Part shown: positions 60,378 to 64,000 of the stretch, in pieces
How the letters are laid out: the number at the start of each line of letters is the position of its first letter
Numbering within the stretch: the first letter of the stretch is position 1
Source of the DNA: a virus
Taxonomy: Duplodnaviria; Caudoviricetes
IMG/VR virus record: IMGVR_UViG_3300020379_000218
Location: 1-64,000 of that record
Length of the DNA stretch: 64,000 nucleotides
Reading direction: 5' to 3' (one strand)
The notes under the pieces: generated by a model
The model's input: only the letters and a program-made list of their open reading frames with translations
Told to the model about the DNA's origin: nothing
The model's database searches: none
Position numbers and translations under genes: made by a program

Positions 60378-60773
60378 ATGGCAGATTTGGTTACACAACA
60401 AATTATATCAGATACGGCAGGAGTTAAGTATGTTGTAAAACAAACTAACTATTCAGACGGCACAGGTGAAACAAACACCGTGATTGCTAATCCTACTACT
60501 TCTAATTTTATGACAGCAGATGGAACAAAAGAGATTGCAAAAGTGTGGTATTCTATTAATACTGCAAACCGAAAATCAGCAGTAGAGATTGCTTGGGGAG
60601 GCGCTACTGAAAATACAACTGCATTGTTATTGTCTGGACAAGGGTATTTAGACTTTAGAACTGCGGGAAATGATATTACTAATAATGCAACAAGTCCTAA
60701 TGGATTTGTCTATTTGACAACAAAAGACTTTGCTTTAAACGATAATTACACGATTGTTGTTGAATTTAGATAA
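60378..60773 (+). CDS. Hypothetical beta-rich head-module protein
   Basis: SDGTGE...IAKVWYSI...LLSGQGYLDF...YTIVVEFR. Confidence 0.75.
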   Translation: MADLVTQQIISDTAGVKYVVKQTNYSDGTGETNTVIANPTTSNFMTADGTKEIAKVWYSINTANRKSAVEIAWGGATENTTALLLSGQGYLDFRTAGNDITNNATSPNGFVYLTTKDFALNDNYTIVVEFR

Positions 60774-60780
60774 AAAATAT

Positions 60781-60788
60781 TATAAATA
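60781..60788 (+). promoter_or_regulatory. T4-type late promoter
   Basis: TATAAATA, intergenic. Confidence 0.8.
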
Positions 60789-60813
60789 TTAGGAAAGAGA
60801 GAGATAAACAACT

Positions 60814-61461
60814 ATGAAACTTATTACAGAAACTCTGGAAAATGTAGAGTACATTACAGAAGAAACTAATGGCAAAACGAATTATAAGATTCGTGGTGTA
60901 TTTCTACAATCTGAAATCAAAAACAGAAATGGAAGAGTTTATCCTAAAGATACATTAACACAAGAAGTTAATAGATACAATAGAGAATTTGTGGAACAGA
61001 AAAGAGCGTTTGGTGAATTAGGACATCCTGATGGACCAACGGTCAACTTGGAGAGAGTTAGTCATATGATTACAAAACTCTATCCAGATGGCAACAACTT
61101 TATCGGTGAAGCAAAAGTAATGGACACACCCTACGGAAAGATTGTAAAAAATCTTATAGATGAAGGCGCTAAATTAGGCGTTTCTTCTCGTGGTATGGGT
61201 TCATTAGAGAGAAGTAGAAGTGGTGAAGCTAGGGTCGGAAACGACTTCTATCTTGCTACTGCTGCCGACATTGTGGCGGATCCAAGTGCTCCTGACGCTT
61301 TCGTAGAAGGAATTATGGAAGGTAAAGAGTGGATTTGGGACAATGGTGTTATTAAAGAAAAAGATATAGAAGAATATAAACAATACATTAAGGAAGCAAA
61401 AAGACTAAAAATCGCTGAAGCGAAAGCTGAGGTATTTAGTAAGTTCCTTAAAGGATTGTAA
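60814..61461 (+). CDS. gp21: Prohead protease gp21
   Basis: KNRNGRVYP; GELGHP; LGVSSRGMGS; DIVADPSAPDA. Confidence 0.96.
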   Translation: MKLITETLENVEYITEETNGKTNYKIRGVFLQSEIKNRNGRVYPKDTLTQEVNRYNREFVEQKRAFGELGHPDGPTVNLERVSHMITKLYPDGNNFIGEAKVMDTPYGKIVKNLIDEGAKLGVSSRGMGSLERSRSGEARVGNDFYLATAADIVADPSAPDAFVEGIMEGKEWIWDNGVIKEKDIEEYKQYIKEAKRLKIAEAKAEVFSKFLKGL

Positions 61462-61464
61462 TAT

Positions 61465-61472
61465 TATAAATA
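61465..61472 (+). promoter_or_regulatory. T4-type late promoter
   Basis: TATAAATA, intergenic. Confidence 0.8.
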
Positions 61473-61531
61473 TCTTATAACAAAACAAGAAAATAATTAT
61501 TTTTTTTAAAAGAAATAAGGAGAACTTCAAT

Positions 61532-62710
61532 ATGGCCGAGACAGAAAAACAAGTTGCCGAAATGACAGCTCCAGACGCTCCTAAAAAGAACGCCGTAGCT
61601 GCTGAAACTTCACCGTTAAAAAATGACGCTGAAGATTTAGGTGCTGCTGTAGTAAAACCTACAGATAGCAATCCAGACGCAACAAAAAAAGTTAAAGAAG
61701 TTTCAGGTGACGCACAGCAAAAAAACGCTGGTTCTGCTGAACCAATGCCTTCTGTAAAGAAGGAAGAAACTGCTTCTGAAGGCGAGAAGATTTCCGAGGG
61801 AGAAATGCCTGACGGTCTGAAAAAATTCCTAGATAAAAAGAAAGAAAAAGAAGAAACTAAAAAAGAAGGCTATAAGATGAAAAAAGAATCTGAAGCTGAA
61901 AAAGTGGACTCTAAATCTGAAAAATCTGAGGAAACAGCTGACCAGAAAGCAAAAGATGTTGATGTAAAAGAACACATTGACGCTTTGACCTCTGGCGAAT
62001 CAGACTTGTCGGAAGAATTTAAAACGAAAGCTGCTACTATTTTTGAAGCTGCGATTAAATCTAAAGTAAAAGAAATCGCTGAAGAAATGGAAGTAGACTA
62101 CAATAAGAAATTTGAAGAAGAAAGTGCTAAAGCAAAATCTGAACTTGTTGAAAAAGTTGACAATTACTTAAACTATGTTGTAAACGAGTGGATGAAAGAA
62201 AACGAACTTGCTATTGAAAAAGGTATCAAGGGAGAAATTGCTGAGGACTTCATCAACGGTCTGAAAAAACTTTTTGAAGACCATTATATTGATGTACCTG
62301 ATGAAAAATATGATGTGTTAGAAGACCAAGCTTCAAAAATTGAGTCGTTAGAGAAAAAACTAAACGAACAGATTGCGAAGAATGTTGACTTGAATAGTAA
62401 GGCTAACTTACTTGAAAAATCTGACATTTTAGCTGATGTTGCTTCTGATTTAACAGATGTCTCTAAAGAGAAATTTGCTAAACTTACAGAAGAAGTTGAA
62501 TTTTCAACGGCTGAAGATTTTAGAAACAAGGTAACTACTATCAAAGAAAGTTATTTTGGTGCTAAAAAAGAAGCTAATTCTGACAGCGAAGTAGATAATG
62601 CGGTAGCTGATAATGCTGGTGTAGACAATACGCAAGACTTATCTAGTGCAATGGCTGCTTATACTACCGCTATTAGTAAAACAAAAGACATTAAATTGTC
62701 TATAAAATAA
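61532..62710 (+). CDS. gp22: Prohead core scaffold gp22
   Basis: LSEEFKTKAATIFEAA; YLNYVVNEWM.EN; IKESYF. Confidence 0.93.
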   Translation: MAETEKQVAEMTAPDAPKKNAVAAETSPLKNDAEDLGAAVVKPTDSNPDATKKVKEVSGDAQQKNAGSAEPMPSVKKEETASEGEKISEGEMPDGLKKFLDKKKEKEETKKEGYKMKKESEAEKVDSKSEKSEETADQKAKDVDVKEHIDALTSGESDLSEEFKTKAATIFEAAIKSKVKEIAEEMEVDYNKKFEEESAKAKSELVEKVDNYLNYVVNEWMKENELAIEKGIKGEIAEDFINGLKKLFEDHYIDVPDEKYDVLEDQASKIESLEKKLNEQIAKNVDLNSKANLLEKSDILADVASDLTDVSKEKFAKLTEEVEFSTAEDFRNKVTTIKESYFGAKKEANSDSEVDNAVADNAGVDNTQDLSSAMAAYTTAISKTKDIKLSIK

Positions 62711-62732
62711 TAATAGGAGAGAGGAACAAGAT

Positions 62733-64000
62733 ATGTACTTATCTGAAAACTACCAAAAAAAGTGGCAGCCAGTATTAGAGCATCCTGATTTACCAAAAAT
62801 CACGGATACTTATAAACGAGCTGTTACCAGTGTTATCCTTGAGAACCAAGAGAAAGCACTAAAAGAAGACGCTCAGTTTATGACTGAAACTGCGCCTACT
62901 AACTCAACAGGTTCTTCAATCGCTAACTGGGATCCAATTTTGATTTCATTAGTAAGAAGAGCAATGCCAAACCTTATCGCTTACGATATTGCTGGCGTTC
63001 AACCTATGAGCGGTCCTACTGGTCTTATATTTGCAATGAGAAGCAGATACAAAGCTCAGGACGGTACTGAAGCATTATTTGATGAAGCAGAATCACAATT
63101 CTCAGCTGCAGGAACTAAAGCAAACATTCCTGGTTCAGCTGGTACTTCTTCTGCTGGAGAAACTAACCCTGCTGTACTTAACGACTCATCACCTGGAGCA
63201 TACACTGCTGAAGGTGGAATGTCTACTGCTAACGCAGAAGCATTAGGAGACGGTTCAACATCTGGATACGAGCAATTTGCTGAAATGGCATTCTCAATTG
63301 AGAAGTCAACGGTAACTGCTAAGTCAAGAGCATTGAAAGCCGAGTACACAATGGAACTTGCACAAGACCTTAAAGCTATTCACGGTTTAGACGCTGAGTC
63401 TGAACTTGCGAATATTCTTTCTGCTGAAATCCTTGCTGAAATCAATAGAGAAGTTGTAAGAACTATCTATGTAAATTCAGAAAAAGGTGCTCAGACTGAC
63501 ACAACTACTGCTGGTATCTTTGATTTAGATACTGACTCAAACGGTAGATGGTCTGTTGAAAGATTTAAAGGACTTATGTTCCAATTAGAAAGAGACGCTA
63601 ACGCTATCGCACAAAGAACAAGAAGAGGAAAAGGTAACATAATTATCTGTTCTTCTGATGTTGCTAGTGCATTACAAATGGCTGGTGTTTTAGACTATAC
63701 ACCTGCATTAAACAACAATTTATCTGTTGATGACGCAGGAAACACTTTTGCTGGAGTATTAAACGGCAGATTTAAAGTGTACATTGATCCATATTCAGCG
63801 AACCAAGCTAGCAAACAATTCTATGTTGTTGGTTACAAAGGTACTTCACCTTATGACGCTGGTATGTTCTACTGCCCTTATGTACCATTACAAATGGTTA
63901 GAGCAGTTGGTCAGGACACTTTCCAACCGAAAATCGGTTTCAAAACTAGATACGGCCTACAAGCAAATCCTTTTGCTGAAGCTTCTTCTAGTACAGACGC
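62733..64000 (+). CDS. gp23: Major capsid protein gp23 (runs off window end; absent from ORF track)
   Basis: MYLSENYQKKWQPVLEH; LVRRAMPNLIAYDIAGVQPMSGPTGLIFAMR; KSRALKAEYTMELAQDLKAIHGLDAE; FYCPYVPL. Confidence 0.97.
   Translation, partial: MYLSENYQKKWQPVLEHPDLPKITDTYKRAVTSVILENQEKALKEDAQFMTETAPTNSTGSSIANWDPILISLVRRAMPNLIAYDIAGVQPMSGPTGLIFAMRSRYKAQDGTEALFDEAESQFSAAGTKANIPGSAGTSSAGETNPAVLNDSSPGAYTAEGGMSTANAEALGDGSTSGYEQFAEMAFSIEKSTVTAKSRALKAEYTMELAQDLKAIHGLDAESELANILSAEILAEINREVVRTIYVNSEKGAQTDTTTAGIFDLDTDSNGRWSVERFKGLMFQLERDANAIAQRTRRGKGNIIICSSDVASALQMAGVLDYTPALNNNLSVDDAGNTFAGVLNGRFKVYIDPYSANQASKQFYVVGYKGTSPYDAGMFYCPYVPLQMVRAVGQDTFQPKIGFKTRYGLQANPFAEASSSTD

Noticed and set aside
63056-63349. 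97-aa minus-strand ORF
   Set aside because: Antisense to gp23, which the ORF track missed because it runs off the window.

Overview
A 64 kb segment of a large, AT-rich T4-like myovirus genome, most likely from a marine phage of an alphaproteobacterium (inferred from the C4-pathway ALA synthase hemA and the NifU/Nfu-like gene; SAR11-like host possible but not shown). After a short divergent island of small early-type genes (481-1690), almost everything is on the + strand under T4-type late promoters (TATAAATA). The order is PAAR/gp5.4, gp25, gp6, gp7, gp9/10-like, gp8, DUF4815/VrlC-like protein, a fibre with an autocleaving chaperone, a large fibre/RBP block with three RCC1-propeller paralogues, a heme/bilin cassette (HO-like, hemO, PcyX/PcyA-like reductase, hemA), gp13-gp22 and the 5' part of gp23. 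Top finding: a tightly coupled ~10.4 kb insert (18264-28656) in the tail module encodes four radical SAM/SPASM enzymes, three Fe(II)/2OG-type oxygenases and several unknowns around a 257-aa virion-like protein ending in a RiPP-like core (CHSS-CHGS-CHGS-RGRR). This suggests a phage system that post-translationally modifies a structural protein. Second finding: on manual reading, restriction-type sites (GATC, GTNAC, GATGC/GCATC, ACNGT) occur only when they overlap a GG/CC dinucleotide, and CATG, TCGA and ACGT were not seen, which points to a GG-context DNA base modification. All calls come from motif and synteny recognition by eye; no database searches or k-mer counts were run.
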